A stretch of 64,000 nucleotides of DNA from an uncultured Clostridia bacterium (GTDB lineage Bacteria > Bacillota > Clostridia > Christensenellales > UBA1242): contig CALWTE010000026.1 of NCBI GenBank assembly GCA_944384375.1, forward strand, positions 1,382 to 65,381, read 5' to 3'. Position 1 is the first letter of the stretch. Every line of letters starts with the position of its first letter. This document shows positions 1 through 13,400 of this stretch, piece after piece. A model generated the notes under the pieces. That model was not told where the DNA came from and did not search any database. It saw nothing but the letters and a program-made list of their open reading frames with translations. Made by a program: the position numbers and the translations under genes.

Positions 1-1197
1 AAGGATACGCTAGGTGCAAGTTATAATTATAGTAACGAAAACTGGACAGACACCAAAACAGGAGCGACAGCGGATAGTAATTTCTATGGTAGTGGGAGTT
101 ACAACTACGCAGGGAAGACGTTTAGTGGTTACGGAAACAGTACATGGAAGGACGACTATCTCTGGTTGCCAAGTCTAACGGAGACGGGCTACAATGATTC
201 TTATTCAGGCATGTGGGACTTAAGTGTGGCTGAGCGAAGCAACGGAACAACATATTCCTGGTCCCGTTCCGCGGACTACAATGATTCCGACAGTGCGTGC
301 AGTCTCCGCTCGTCCGGGGATCGCAACGCTAGCAATTATGTGTACGATTCTCGCGCCGTCCGTCCTGCGCTTCACTTAAATCTAAGTGCGATTATTTCCT
401 GGCCTCGCGTGCAAGTGGAAGTGTCAAGCAATTCAACAGGTGGTGGAGAAGTTTCAGGTGGTGGAGATAACCTAACAATTGATTCCCAAATAGAATTAAC
501 AGCTATACCAAATACTGGGTGTAGATTAGTAGGTTGGTCTTTAAATAGTTCAGGTTCTCCAATCATTTCTGGCTCTGAAGGAATGACTAGATATCCTGTA
601 ACCGTAAAAGGTAATGTCACATATTATGCAGTATTCCAACTTATAACTTATGACGTTACAGTTACCACAAACACGGGAGATAACTCATTAGGGCAAATAC
701 TATATAATAACACCTTAGTAGCGGACACTACAACAGATATCCCAGAAAACACAACCCTAACTCTCTACGCTATACCTAAACCTAATTCTGCTTTTATATG
801 CTGGCAAATTACCATAGGCGATAGCACAACATACGACTATGACAACAACCCACTTACTACCACAATCACCGCCGATACTACTATCACCGCTGTATTTTCT
901 AACAGCCTTATGGAAGGCATAGGAGTAACTGCCTTAGGAGGCGGGCAAGTACGTATGGGTGGTTACATTGATGACGGCGACCCTAACACAACAGTTGTAC
1001 TCAACGCGATTTGCTATTCAGGTTACACCTTTGACGGCTGGTACACAATGGAAAACGGAGTCCTAACTAAAATAGATGCCTTAGGCAATTCCACCGCCGT
1101 AACTATAAATGTCTCCGCCTACGACGGCAAACTCATAATTGCCAGATTTGTCCCAAATAGCAACGGCAATGTCAACGACAACACAAACAACATTTAA
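1..1197 (+). CDS. Secreted/surface protein, 5' end outside window; C-terminal Listeria-Bacteroides (Flg_new / InlB B-repeat-like) repeats
   Basis: Frame 1 is open from nt 1 (KDTLGASYNYSNENW...), so the ORF-track start at 166 (a TTG) is internal. Motif YLWLPSLTE...SRAVRPALHLNL resembles the WLRS...VRPAL module common in Firmicutes surface proteins. Three repeats follow with the G-W/C ... Y/I-x-A-V/R-F signature (CRLVGWSL..YYAVFQ, AFICWQI..ITAVFS, GYTFDGWYT..IIARFV). TAA stop at 1195-1197, followed by a hairpin terminator. Confidence 0.75.
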   Translation, partial: KDTLGASYNYSNENWTDTKTGATADSNFYGSGSYNYAGKTFSGYGNSTWKDDYLWLPSLTETGYNDSYSGMWDLSVAERSNGTTYSWSRSADYNDSDSACSLRSSGDRNASNYVYDSRAVRPALHLNLSAIISWPRVQVEVSSNSTGGGEVSGGGDNLTIDSQIELTAIPNTGCRLVGWSLNSSGSPIISGSEGMTRYPVTVKGNVTYYAVFQLITYDVTVTTNTGDNSLGQILYNNTLVADTTTDIPENTTLTLYAIPKPNSAFICWQITIGDSTTYDYDNNPLTTTITADTTITAVFSNSLMEGIGVTALGGGQVRMGGYIDDGDPNTTVVLNAICYSGYTFDGWYTMENGVLTKIDALGNSTAVTINVSAYDGKLIIARFVPNSNGNVNDNTNNI

Positions 1198-1313
1198 ATT
1201 ACAAAAATAATTCAAATGGAACAATTTTTTAAGCAAAATACTTAAAATGGAACAGTTAAAACAAAACCAATTTTAACTATAAAAAAGCAATTAATAACGG
1301 AAACACTAAAAAA

Positions 1314-1334
1314 AAGAGCGTTTGCTCTTTTTTT
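1314..1334 (+). terminator. Rho-independent terminator after the truncated surface-protein gene
   Basis: aagagc-gttt-gctctt hairpin (6-bp stem, 4-nt loop) preceded by an A-run and followed by a T-run. Confidence 0.6.
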
Positions 1335-1345
1335 ATTGTTTTTGT

Positions 1346-1375
1346 TTGACTTTTAGTGTAATTTTTTACTATAAT
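1346..1375 (+). promoter_or_regulatory. Sigma-A-like promoter of the 4888-aa gene
   Basis: TTGACT (1346-1351), 18-nt spacer, TATAAT (1370-1375), about 80 nt upstream of the ATG at 1453. Confidence 0.5.
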
Positions 1376-1452
1376 TTTTATAGAATTTTCGGGCAAAATG
1401 TAAATAAATGCTAGAAATTAGCACAAAATAAAAAATAAGGAATTATCGGGGT

Positions 1453-4400
1453 ATGAAGTACAAGTTTTTTAGTATTCTATTAATGTGTATAATGACAACC
1501 TTTGTGGGCATAGGTTTTGCAGGTTGTGGCGATATATATGCTGATTTACGAGTTACTGTTGACAGTACTTCTGTTTCGTTACGCCTTTCTAATAATACTC
1601 AAGATGCAGACGGGGATACAGAAGGTGATAGCACTGAAGACAATACGGACAGCACTGATACTTTATCTAATACGGCAATCATCCACGCAACAGTTACAGG
1701 TGCTTCCGCGGATATGCTGAAAAGTGTAACTTTCTGGTATGAAGATTCTTCCATTGTGAGTGCTGAAGTTACTAGCCTAAATGACAATGTTAGCACAATT
1801 AGGCTAACTGCCCAAAGTGCAGGAGTAACTAGAATTCGTGTAATCTCTAGAGAATATGGGCAGGCAGTGAGTGAAGATATAGTGGTTACCGTTTATCGTG
1901 ATGCAACAGAAATGAGATTTAAGTCAACGGCAACACCTAGTGTGGCTCTAGGCGAGAGTTTAACTTTAAATACAAGTGAGTTGATTGATTTTTATGTAAA
2001 TGGAGAAAAAACAAATGTTTATCCAAATACAGCAACTTTCTCACTTTTGACCCCTGATGACGACCGCTGGAATAGTGCATATGGCAATGAACAACCTACA
2101 GGTGTTACTTTAGAAAATAACGTTTTAAGTGTTGACGCTAATGCACAATGCGGAATTGTACAGTTAATTGCCACTATGCAGAATGGACTTTCTACCGCTA
2201 CCCCTATATATGTAATGATATATGAGCCGATTGAAACAGACCAAATTGTTTTGTTACAAGACGGCGAACCTGTAGATGCAATTAATACAGTTGTAAACCC
2301 ATTTGATTTGGTATCAAACAACTTTCAACTTAGCGCCTATATAGAAGGCGTGACTCAAAGTTACAACACGCGTATTGTGAGTAATGATACTGGTATAATT
2401 TTTATAGGCGAAAAGAATAGTTCGGGCATTTATACAAATATTGCAATCAGTGATAGTGGTACAACTACGCTTACTGTATACGCTGAAATTTTGGACGGTA
2501 TAACGGGTACAGTTTATAGGACATTTTCAAAGGATTTTGATGTAACCGTAACCCGAATTGTTACTGATATTTACATTTCAGCACCGAATGTACCAGAGAC
2601 AAGCGACCCAGTAGGTATGACTGTACAAGATAGTTATACAAATGGTGTTTTAGGTGCAGAAGTGCATTTCCGCGTGTCTGAAGGTGCTGCAGACGGTAGA
2701 ATTCAATTAGCGGTTACTGAAGTTGACGGTGCAGTCAATTCTTCTGGTACAAGTAATGATATAGTTATATATGTTAATAACCAGGAATATCACTGGGGCG
2801 ATTATATACCTGATGATTCTACTTTCTATGTTGCTTTGAGAGATGAAAGCACTATTGAGCGTAATTTTGTACTTGAATTACGAGCAAACACATATGACGA
2901 AAATATGCCTATGGCAACTAACCAAATTACATTTACTATTGATGCAGGTGTAATTGAGATTAATCCAGCACGTGATGTGGTTGCCGTTACAAAAGGTGAT
3001 ACCGCCCAAATTCTCCTTAACTTTGTTACCACAGCGGGCGAAGGTAGAGGTTCACCTAGGTTTACATACACTATTGTAAATGGTAATATTGCTTCTATTG
3101 TAGAGGGCGATAACTATATTTATACAGTTACAGGTTTGGCAGAAGGCAATACGACCGTTTTATTTGAAGCGGAAAGTGGGGCAGATGCGACAGTGGAGAT
3201 TCAAGTAAAAGCAGATGTTTCCGCATTTTATCTAACCATTCCGCAAGATTATACTGTTAGCAATATTTTGGCTTCCAACTGGAATAATCCAGACTACGTA
3301 AATGAAACAGACGGCAAAATTGATGCAGGTGTGAATTCATTTGTTATTCAGCAGAACACAGCGATAAATGTTAGTTACGTAACCGACCCAGAAAATGTAA
3401 CAGTTAATTCTATAGTGGTAGGTAACCCTGTTTCAGGCGATACGAATTATGTAACAGTGGAAAATTTAAATGGAAATTCATTTAGATTGATAGGACTTAG
3501 AGCAACTGATTTGATAGGTTCCGTAACAGTAACTGTAAGTTTTAGTTATTATGAACAACGTGACGGAGTATGGGAAACAAGGTATGGCTACAGAACAATT
3601 CAAGTTTCAGTTTATCAGCCTATATCTTATTTCTACTGGAATGATTCAAATAGGGCAACTACAATTTACGAAACCCTTTACAATCAAAATCATTTAAACT
3701 ATGAGCAACACGACCTTGCTAATACTACAGTAAGTATAACTTATAACCCAAATGATTCGTATTTTGCAAATGGTGGACAAATTGTTTGGACTACAAGTGA
3801 TGCAAACAAACTAACAATTACGCAAACTAATAATCATACTGTTACACTGAATGCTCACTTAACCGAACTTGATACCGCTTCGGCATATGTTGTGTATGTC
3901 TATGCGACAGTTACCGAATATAATAGGACGCCACAAGTCTTGACTTGTGAGATAACAATTATTAACCCAGTCCAAATTAGCGATATCACGGTTACGAATT
4001 ACGATAGTGAGAATGGTGTAAGACTGAATGATTTAGGTACAGAAGCAAAAACTCGTTTTGAAATGAATGTAGAGATTACACCTTACAATGCATTTAACAC
4101 GGGCTTAGGCTATAAGCTTTACAATGCCGTATACAATAATGAAACTCACGTTTATGAAGTGGGCGAAGAATATACTGGTAGCAGTGAAGATGCTGTCGTT
4201 AGACTAGACGAAAATAACCCTAATATCATTATTGCGAACAAGGCAGGTAGGGTGTTTGTTAGACTTTATGCGCTTGACGGTGAAACCAGCACAAGTGTAA
4301 ACTATGACGAAATTTGCCATACTGATATATTTGTAGTGGTAGAAGACGGTACAGAGTCTAACCCTTACACAATAGATACAGCGGAAGAGTTTATCACAAT

Positions 4401-7400
4401 AGGTAACAGTGCCGAAAGTATGACAAAACATTATACAGTAAGGCAAAGTATAGACTTGTCTAGGTATTCAGCCTACTTCCCATTAGGTAAGGACAACGCA
4501 TCAAACGGTGTGTTTACAGGTACTTTGACTTCATATGACTACGACCGCAATAATATTAAATATACTATTACGGGTATCCCTGTATGTGTAGATGGAGTGG
4601 CTGTGGGTAGTGATATCTACTATGGTGTGTTTGCTCAAATTGCACCAAATAGTGAATCTAGCGCCCCTGCGATTTCAAATCTTGACTTCTACTTTAGTAA
4701 CGGGCTGATTGACTTAAATAATATAGATACGCAAAATATTTATATCGGTTTACTTGCTGGTAATATTACGGCTAGTATTGAAAATGTGTTTGTAAACTTC
4801 TCGTCATATACTTCTAACGCACTAACCATTAACAACAACAAGAACTCTCGCACACAAAATATTTACTTTGGTGCTGTTGCGGGGAATTTCACGTTAGCCG
4901 ATGGAACTTTGAGTAATATTTCAACTAATATTGCTGTAAACTTCAATCTAAACGACGCAACGACCTTAATAGCAGGTGGTTTGTTCGGTAAGTTTAGCGG
5001 TTTAGAGTTAGGACAAGAAAGCAGTGTAATAAATAACACATATATTACAGCAAATAGGAAAGCAGATACGCTAAATGACGCTGTCGGTGGGCTTATCGGT
5101 AATTTGGTTAGTGGTACGGTAAAATCAATGCAAACCACTGGTACAATTACCGCGTCAAACTTAAATAATATAGGTGGTTTTGTTGGTATTAACTACGGCA
5201 TTTTAGGTGAGTATACTTCGGAAACAAACAGCGAGTATAGAAACTTAGCAAACGTTAGAGTTAACGGGCATCAAAATGTCGGCGGTCTAGTAGGTACGAA
5301 TGCTGGTACTATTAGATATAGCCGTGCTGAGAACTACGATTCAGTAAATGTTACAGACGGTAACACCTTAGTGCTTGTACAAGGTGTAGAGAATGTTGGC
5401 GGTTTAGTAGGATATAACAATGGTAGCAGTGGCGAACTTTACTCAGGTTTGATTATGTACTCATATGCAATGAGTTACATCAATAGAGATTTGGTTGATA
5501 TTAATACTCAATCTACTACTTACTCATATTACGGCGACATTATAGGTGAGAGTAAAGTAGGTGGTTTAGTAGGATTTAATAAAAATGCACAAATTTTAAA
5601 TAGTTTTGCTTCATTAAGAATTCAACAAACCACTAACTCAGGCTTTATAGGTGGTTTAATCGGTAGCCATACGGTAAATGATAGCGAATCTAGGTTGTTT
5701 GCTGACTTTGCAGTGGGCGAAATTTACACACCTAATGCAAATACGACTGAGATAGGTGAGTTGGTAGGTTATCTTGAATCAAATGTCGTTATAGAACAGC
5801 AATATGCCTTTGTCAAAATCACTATTAACAATGGCGGGCAAAATAGTACTCTATATAATCTTGCAGGTACACTGACTAACCCTAGTTCGGTAAGTGCGTC
5901 ATTCAATTATGACGGTTCATTAGCGGTAAGTGATTTATCAGGGAATATAGGTAGATTGACTCTAGCCGATATGCAAAATGCATCTATTTACCAAAAGGCA
6001 AATTGGGGCTTTGGTGAAGGTCAAGAATGGGTTTCACTAGATGACACAATCGGTGTAAACAACAATATGCCTATTCTTTACGACCAAAACGGCGAATGGC
6101 TATACACACAATCTATCAATTCAATTACTATTACACCAAACACATATAAGGAAGACGGGAATAGGTTAAATACTTACTTTGGCTTTGATTATACTGAAGG
6201 TGGAATGAATAGGCATGGTTCAGTAGTATTGCTAGACAATATTACACCAAACGAACTTAACCAAAGAGTAATTAGCCTATACGGTACTGAAAATAGTTTG
6301 TTTGATGTAGTCGTTACTCCTGAAGGCATTGACCCAGAAGACTGGCAATTATCTGTTACAAGTAGCAATTACGACATTGTAGAAGTGGTACAAACCAGCC
6401 AAAACCTAATCGGTTCTTACTTGATTTTCAAAACTACTGGTGTAGTTACTTTGACCTTCCGTTCATTGCTAAATGTAAACGCCTTTGCCGAAGTAACAAT
6501 CAACGTTTTGGGCGGTTTTGAAGACTACAACGTATTAGACGGAAGCGATAATTCAATTATCGGTCAAGATTTCTATGTAAAGACTAATACTGGTTATCCA
6601 TTATATCCACAATTTACACAAAAAGATTCTAGTATAGGCTTTACCGAAACTATAGGTATCGTATATTCAGTATATAACACCGAAAATATAGGTTTTGAAG
6701 GTATTACGTATCAAAACGGCTCTAATGCTTATATTCCTAGCACGACAGCGACACTATTGCGTGGCTTGTCTGCTACTGATGCCGACTTTATCTCAATAGG
6801 TATGGCACCATATGTTGTGCTAAATTTTGGTGGTCAAACTTATAACTATACCTTTACCGATTTAGGATATAGTTTCCGCGTAAAGGTTTATGACGGTATC
6901 ACGGGTATAGGCCTAGGCCGTGTTACAGAAGCAGTCTTAGAAAGCGACGAAAACAAAATTGTTAATTTGACCGTTTATACAGATAACGTAGAAACAGTTA
7001 CTATTGACGATGTACAAGTGGTTTTAGGTGAGGAAACATTAAGTGCAGACGAATCGGAAAAATATATTACATTTATGAATAGCCAAACCACAGAAGACGG
7101 CATCGTGAATAGTTACAATCTTCAACTTGCTGAAGAATATAGATTTATTACAGAAAATATTGAATTAATGCTTACATTTAATGTGCGTGATGAAAGCGGC
7201 GACGAATTTAGTATTTCACTACCTCTAACATATACACCAGCATCAGTTAGACGAATTGATTTGAGCCACTTTACATATGGTGCGACATCAATGGAACAAG
7301 GTGAAGCGGCTAGTAATCTAATTTCACCAGGCACGACGGGGATTTTGCGAATTGACGTTTCTCCTGAATATGCGTGGTATGATAACGTAATAATCAGTAG

Positions 7401-10400
7401 TACTGTAGATTCAGTTTCGGGCGATTACGTGAGAATGGTACAACTCGTTTACCGTAACGGTGTATATAGGACAATACCAGGTGGCACAATTTACGACGAA
7501 GACGGCAACCTTGTTGCACAAAAAGTAACAGGTATTGACGAACGTGGCGAGGCATACTATGACGGCAGAATCTTTGTATCAACGCTGATTTCTACCGTGG
7601 TTACTGAAGGCACAGTATTTTATGTAACGGTAGCACCTGTTAGAGAAGGTGTCCCTGGCTACTTAATTAACCCAGTACAAATTAGACTTGTTACGACATT
7701 TGCTCCATATGCATCACTTACTCTTGACTCTAGTTACTCAGGCAATATTGTAGCACGTGGTACAATTGCAAATTTACACCTAACAGGTGTATTACAAAAT
7801 AGTACGATTACAGCAAGAGCAAGTTACGGTAGCGAAGCAGGGCTAGACACATTAGAACGTAGTACTTTTGGCACTTTCCAAACTTCATTTATGACGGGTA
7901 ACCGTGAAAATGTAGATATGATTATACCTTTCTATGTAGGTATCTTAGCCGCTCCTAATAACGGGCAAATAACAATTACACTTGAAATTACTAGTAGGAC
8001 AGAAACGGGTGGTATGCTAAATCCTTTGATACTTACTATTACACTAAATATTGTTGACTATATAATTGATAGTGTATATGCCGAAGGCGCGCAAAATTCT
8101 GACCTGTACATAGGAATTAGGAATTATACGACATTGCAGGCAAACTGGTATATGGTTACTCCTGTTTCTACCGATTTCTTAAACTTCTTCCCAGGCGGTG
8201 ATGCGACAGCCTTTACAAATGCAGTTAGAGAAATTCAAACAAAAGCAAACGCAAAACTAAACACTCTAAACGCACGCGGTAATGGCGTAGGTGGTATTTG
8301 GTACTACAATAGCGGGGGCGGATACGCACAATTAAATACATCGCATACGTATTCAAACTTTGTTACAGCATATAATACCTTCCAAAACGGCAATTCATAC
8401 TACATTATTCGTGGTAGGAGTCTAGTAAATGACTTGCGCTTTAGATTAAGTTTTGAATCTTACTACATTTACGATAGCACGACTGGTTGTTACACCTTTG
8501 CAACTGAAGAAGATTTAAATGACAGTAATCAAGACTTGCTACTTGAAAATTACGTAAGGCTATTAGAGAGAGACTTTAATGTTGACGTAATTAACAACAC
8601 AAATGACGATAGTCCAGAAGCACTTGACTCAGCAGAAATATTCCGCACAATGACGGAAGGCGTAAGTTATATGCTGACAGCAGATATCTATTTATACAAC
8701 TGGACACCTATAACTACGGCAATCAAATCACTTGATGGTAATGGTTACGTAATCTACTTGCGCAGTTTTGCTAGCAATGTAGATACATCTACAGCAAATT
8801 ATGGACTTTGGAGTACTTTGCCTAGTGGCACAGTATTAAAGAACTTGATTGTAGACGTTTCACACAATATTTATGTTGATTTGCAAAATGTTAGCAACGT
8901 AAACTTTGGTTTCATCGCTGGTATTAATGAAGGTGTGATTTACAATAGTGAAGTAGTCGTTACAGAATCTAAGGAAGGTTGGCAAACAATTTATAACAAC
9001 ACTTCTCAGGTAGTTAGCAGTAATGCGGACTTCCAGTTTGGTAGGAGTATATTTAATACTATTGCTAGGGGTATGAATGGCGAAGCCCCTTACAACGAGT
9101 TTGACACTCTGGCATCTACATTTATACTAACTAGTCGTACAACGGATAGTGGCGGTACAGTTACTAGCAATATAGGTGGACTAGTAGGGCAGAATAGTGG
9201 TTCTATTACGAATTCACGTGTAGGTAGGATAGATATTAAGAACCCATTAGGACTGAATTCAAATAGCCAGGTTTACGCTCGTCAAGGTCTAAACATCTTT
9301 GCATCAGGTAATGTGGGCGGACTGGTAGGCTATAACACAGGCACAATTAGTAATAGTTACTATGCTAATGGCTATGTGGTAAACTCAAAAATGGACATTT
9401 ACAGCAGTACAAACACGAAGGGTGCAAGGACGGGTGGACTAGTTGCTGTACAAACGGAAAGGGGTAGAATTTCAGGCTCATACGCAACAGGGCAGATTGA
9501 TGACGAAACAGCACGTTCTAGCCTAGGTGGTGTAGTGGCATACGGTACAATAGGAGGACTTGTTCACTCAAACGCAGGTGAAATTACTAATAGTTACAGC
9601 AATATGCGTCTATCTAGTTCTAACGGTATGGGTGGCTTTGTTTACGAAAATACAGGCAACGCAATCATTAAATATAGTTACTCATTGTCTGATGTACAGA
9701 CACAAGGCTTAATTAATGGTGTGTTTATCGGTCTAGACAACGAAGGTAATATTCAAGACGGACAAAAGACCACAGTTGAGAATTGTTACTACTTAACTGA
9801 CGAAGACTTGATTGTTGACTCGCAAGAAAGGGCAATAGGTCTTACCTCACGCGACTGGGGCGACTCAACAGGTTCAGCATTTGACGGCTTTGTAATTTCA
9901 AATGACGGTAGCGAAACGACGTGGTATATAGACAACGAAAGGACTTACTTAGGTCCACAACTTTATCTAGCAAATCAAAACTTTATGTCGCATAGAAGTG
10001 GTGACGGTGAGTATGTGGCAGAAGTTGGCTATGAATTAGGTTCAAAGAATAACCCTGATATTATTACAAGTTTATTAGACTGGCAAGACAAAGTGTTTAA
10101 TTATACTAGCGAATCAATTCACTCGTCATATATGACTGCCACAGGTACGACCGACCCAACTCGTCCTAGTTACGAATTCGGTGAGTACTATGTAATGTTG
10201 CTAAACGACATAAACTTTCGTGGCTCTATTGACAATACGACTTCGCAAACAATCTTTAGGGGTAAATTATTTGGTAACGGCCACATAATTTCGGGTATGA
10301 ATTATACGCAGTCTAGTACAGTACTCACAACACCTAATGACTTTGGTCTATTTAATCAACTAGACGGTGCTACAGTATCCAACCTAAATCTAATCATTGA

Positions 10401-13400
10401 TACGCAACTAAGTTCTAGGGCAAGGCGAATCGGTGTACTGGCAGGTTCTATTAATGACTCACTAATTGAAAACATCAATATTACTGGTTCTTCTAGGACT
10501 TCGGAAATCATCGGTACGAATATGTCTGGTGCGCTTGCTGGCTTTGTTTCGGGCAACTCTCAAGTTTATAACGTAACTAGTACATTGTCAGTTACTTCAA
10601 TTTCAGCGACTGCAATTACAACGAACTCAGTATATACATACTATAATAGCGACAACCCTTATAACTCTACATACTCATACGCAGGCGGTATTATAGGTGT
10701 ACTTGATTTAGCCGAGCAAGAAGATTCTGCTAGCGAGTCAAGAATTAGGAATTTACTTGTTACTAATTCAATTTTCCTAAATAACACCCGCTACACTGGT
10801 AGCATTGATATTTATGGTGAAATCGTCGGCGGTGTAATAGGTCTAATCGGTACAAATTCGGAAGCGTACAAAGTTTACTTTAATGTTGATTCTAATACTG
10901 ATAATCAGCAAAAGATTCGCGGTAAGAACTTTGCTGGTGGACTAGTCGGCGAAAATCGTGGTTCGCTAATGAATAGTAGAATCTCTATACCTGATGAAAA
11001 ACGAATGGAGATAGATAGTGAAATTTTAGCGACTGATGATGCGACAGACTATATAGGCTATACTGAGTTATTCAGCCACGAAGATAGTGTAAATGCTATA
11101 GGTGGACTTGTAGGCCTAAATGCTGGCGGTGTGATTTTGAATAGTTATTCAAGAGTGGCTGTTATGGCAGATAATGTTAAAGTTGCAGGTGGTTTGATAG
11201 GTTTAAGCATTAATGCTCCATTAAACTACAACGCAGCGGCAACTGATATTGACCCAACTCTTGCATACTTACGTAACTTAGGTTCTACTAATGGACAGTT
11301 ACTCACCAGCCTAAATGCAATTAACTATACATTGTCGGGCGACCAGATTAGGACAGACGGCTCCTTCCGCTTTGGTGCAATTCTTACCGAAGTCTACACC
11401 ACGGGGGCGGTTAGTGCTACTGACGCAATAGGTGGTATAGTAGGGGCTCAAATAGGCGCACCAATTTACACTCAATCAATGTCGTCTACAATATCAGCAA
11501 TCAACAATAACTTTGTGGCTAACGACGCAAACTTTGTATCTAAATTGCAAAGTAGTGATACTTATGTCGGTAGTATTGTAGGTTACTTAGGTTTTGAATT
11601 GTCTCAAGCAAGCAACGATAGAATTTTAGCCTTTGTAGGCACTATGGAGCAGTTTGGTGACACAACTAGTGGATACAGTCTAGGTAGCGTGGCTACAAAC
11701 ATAAAGGGTGTTACATTAAATGTAGACGGTACAAACCTAAATTCAGTCGGCAACTTGCCAAATATCAGTACAATGAATTTAGTTAGCACAAACTTTATCC
11801 AGGCAGCAACGTCAGTAGATGACCAGTCATTTAACGGCTTTAATGAAAACGTTTGGAATCTTGACGAAGAGAAACTAAACCACCGTTTCCCAAATCTTAG
11901 TCTAGGTTACGATTTGCCAGTAGTAGAAGTTTCTACTCCAGACGAATTCTTTGATGCATTAGATGATACGCAAAATAATAGTTCCATTAGAATTATTGCG
12001 GACTTAGTAATTGAAGGCGATGACTGGGAAAACTACATTACGCAGACCAGCCCTGTAAAACAAAGTATAGGTACTCTGGAAAATCCAGTTCGTGGTAGGC
12101 TGGAGGGTGCTGTGCCTGTAGTCGTTTCGGGACAAGATACGACAAGAGCAGCGAATATTACATTTGTAAACTTTAATACTACGCAAATGGATTACTTCCA
12201 CTCACTGTTTGGCTATACACGTAGTTTCTGGCTGATTAATGTAAACTTTGAATTTGCCTTTGACTTTGACGCAACTATACAAAATGTGGATTCATTTGCA
12301 TTATTAGCACAAAGCAGTATTTCTTCAAACTTTGAGAACGTTTCCGTTTCGTTTGCTAGTTCGGGCGACAGTCAATATACATTAAGAGCAAACAATTTAA
12401 ACAATATTGCAGTAATAGCTGCCGAAGCGCAAGACTGTTCTTTCTCAAATATTAGACTTGATGTAACAATTGATGCGACAGACTTTACAAAACGTGAAGG
12501 CTCTAGCAATAATAGAATTGCAATAGGTGGACTGTTTGCACTCGGTTCATCAAGTAACGAAATTACAGGTTCTAACTTTGGAAATATTACTATAAACTAT
12601 AGTTCAGCCGTTGATTATGAGTTGACCTTTGGAGCCTTAGCAGGTAGGAGTGAAGGAATATTAAATCTTCTAGGTACTTCTCGTAGCGAAGGTAACATTG
12701 CAGGTACAATTAATGTAGAATTATCAGCAAATAATAGCGTAAGTAATCTTTACTTAGGTGGTGCAGTAGGTAACCCTAGTGGTGCCACAGTTCTAAGGAA
12801 TTTCAGCACAAATGTTGATGTAAATCTTACAAAATCTACAAACAACACAGGTAGAATTTATATCGGTGGTGTGTTAGGACAGATTGATAGCAGTAATATA
12901 ACAGGCGCAACCAGTCTAGGTGATATTACGCTTAATGTAAATGGTGGTAATGCTTATGTCGGCGGAATTGCTGGTTACATTAACAACAATCAAAACTTTA
13001 ATGAATTCACATTTAGTGGCACAACTACAGATGTTGCAAATAGTTATGGTACTATAAATATTTTAGGCGATAATTATGAAAACCTATATGTCGGCGGAAT
13101 TTATGGATACACAAGGGAATTTGTTACGTTAAGTGAAGGTATGGTAGCACCTGTTGGACAATCTCGTTCAATTTACAATAACCTATATAGTAGCGCAAGC
13201 ATCAATGTAGACGTGACGGCTACTTATGCTTATGTCGGTGGTCTAATAGGCTTAGCCGAACAAGGTAGCACCTTAGGTAGTGATGGACATCTTACTCCAT
13301 TTACTCCTATAAATAACGTATTGCGTATTAGCAATGTTGCATTTGTAGGCGAAGTGCTAGTAAATAACGAATCAACAAATGGTGCTAGTTACGTAGGTGG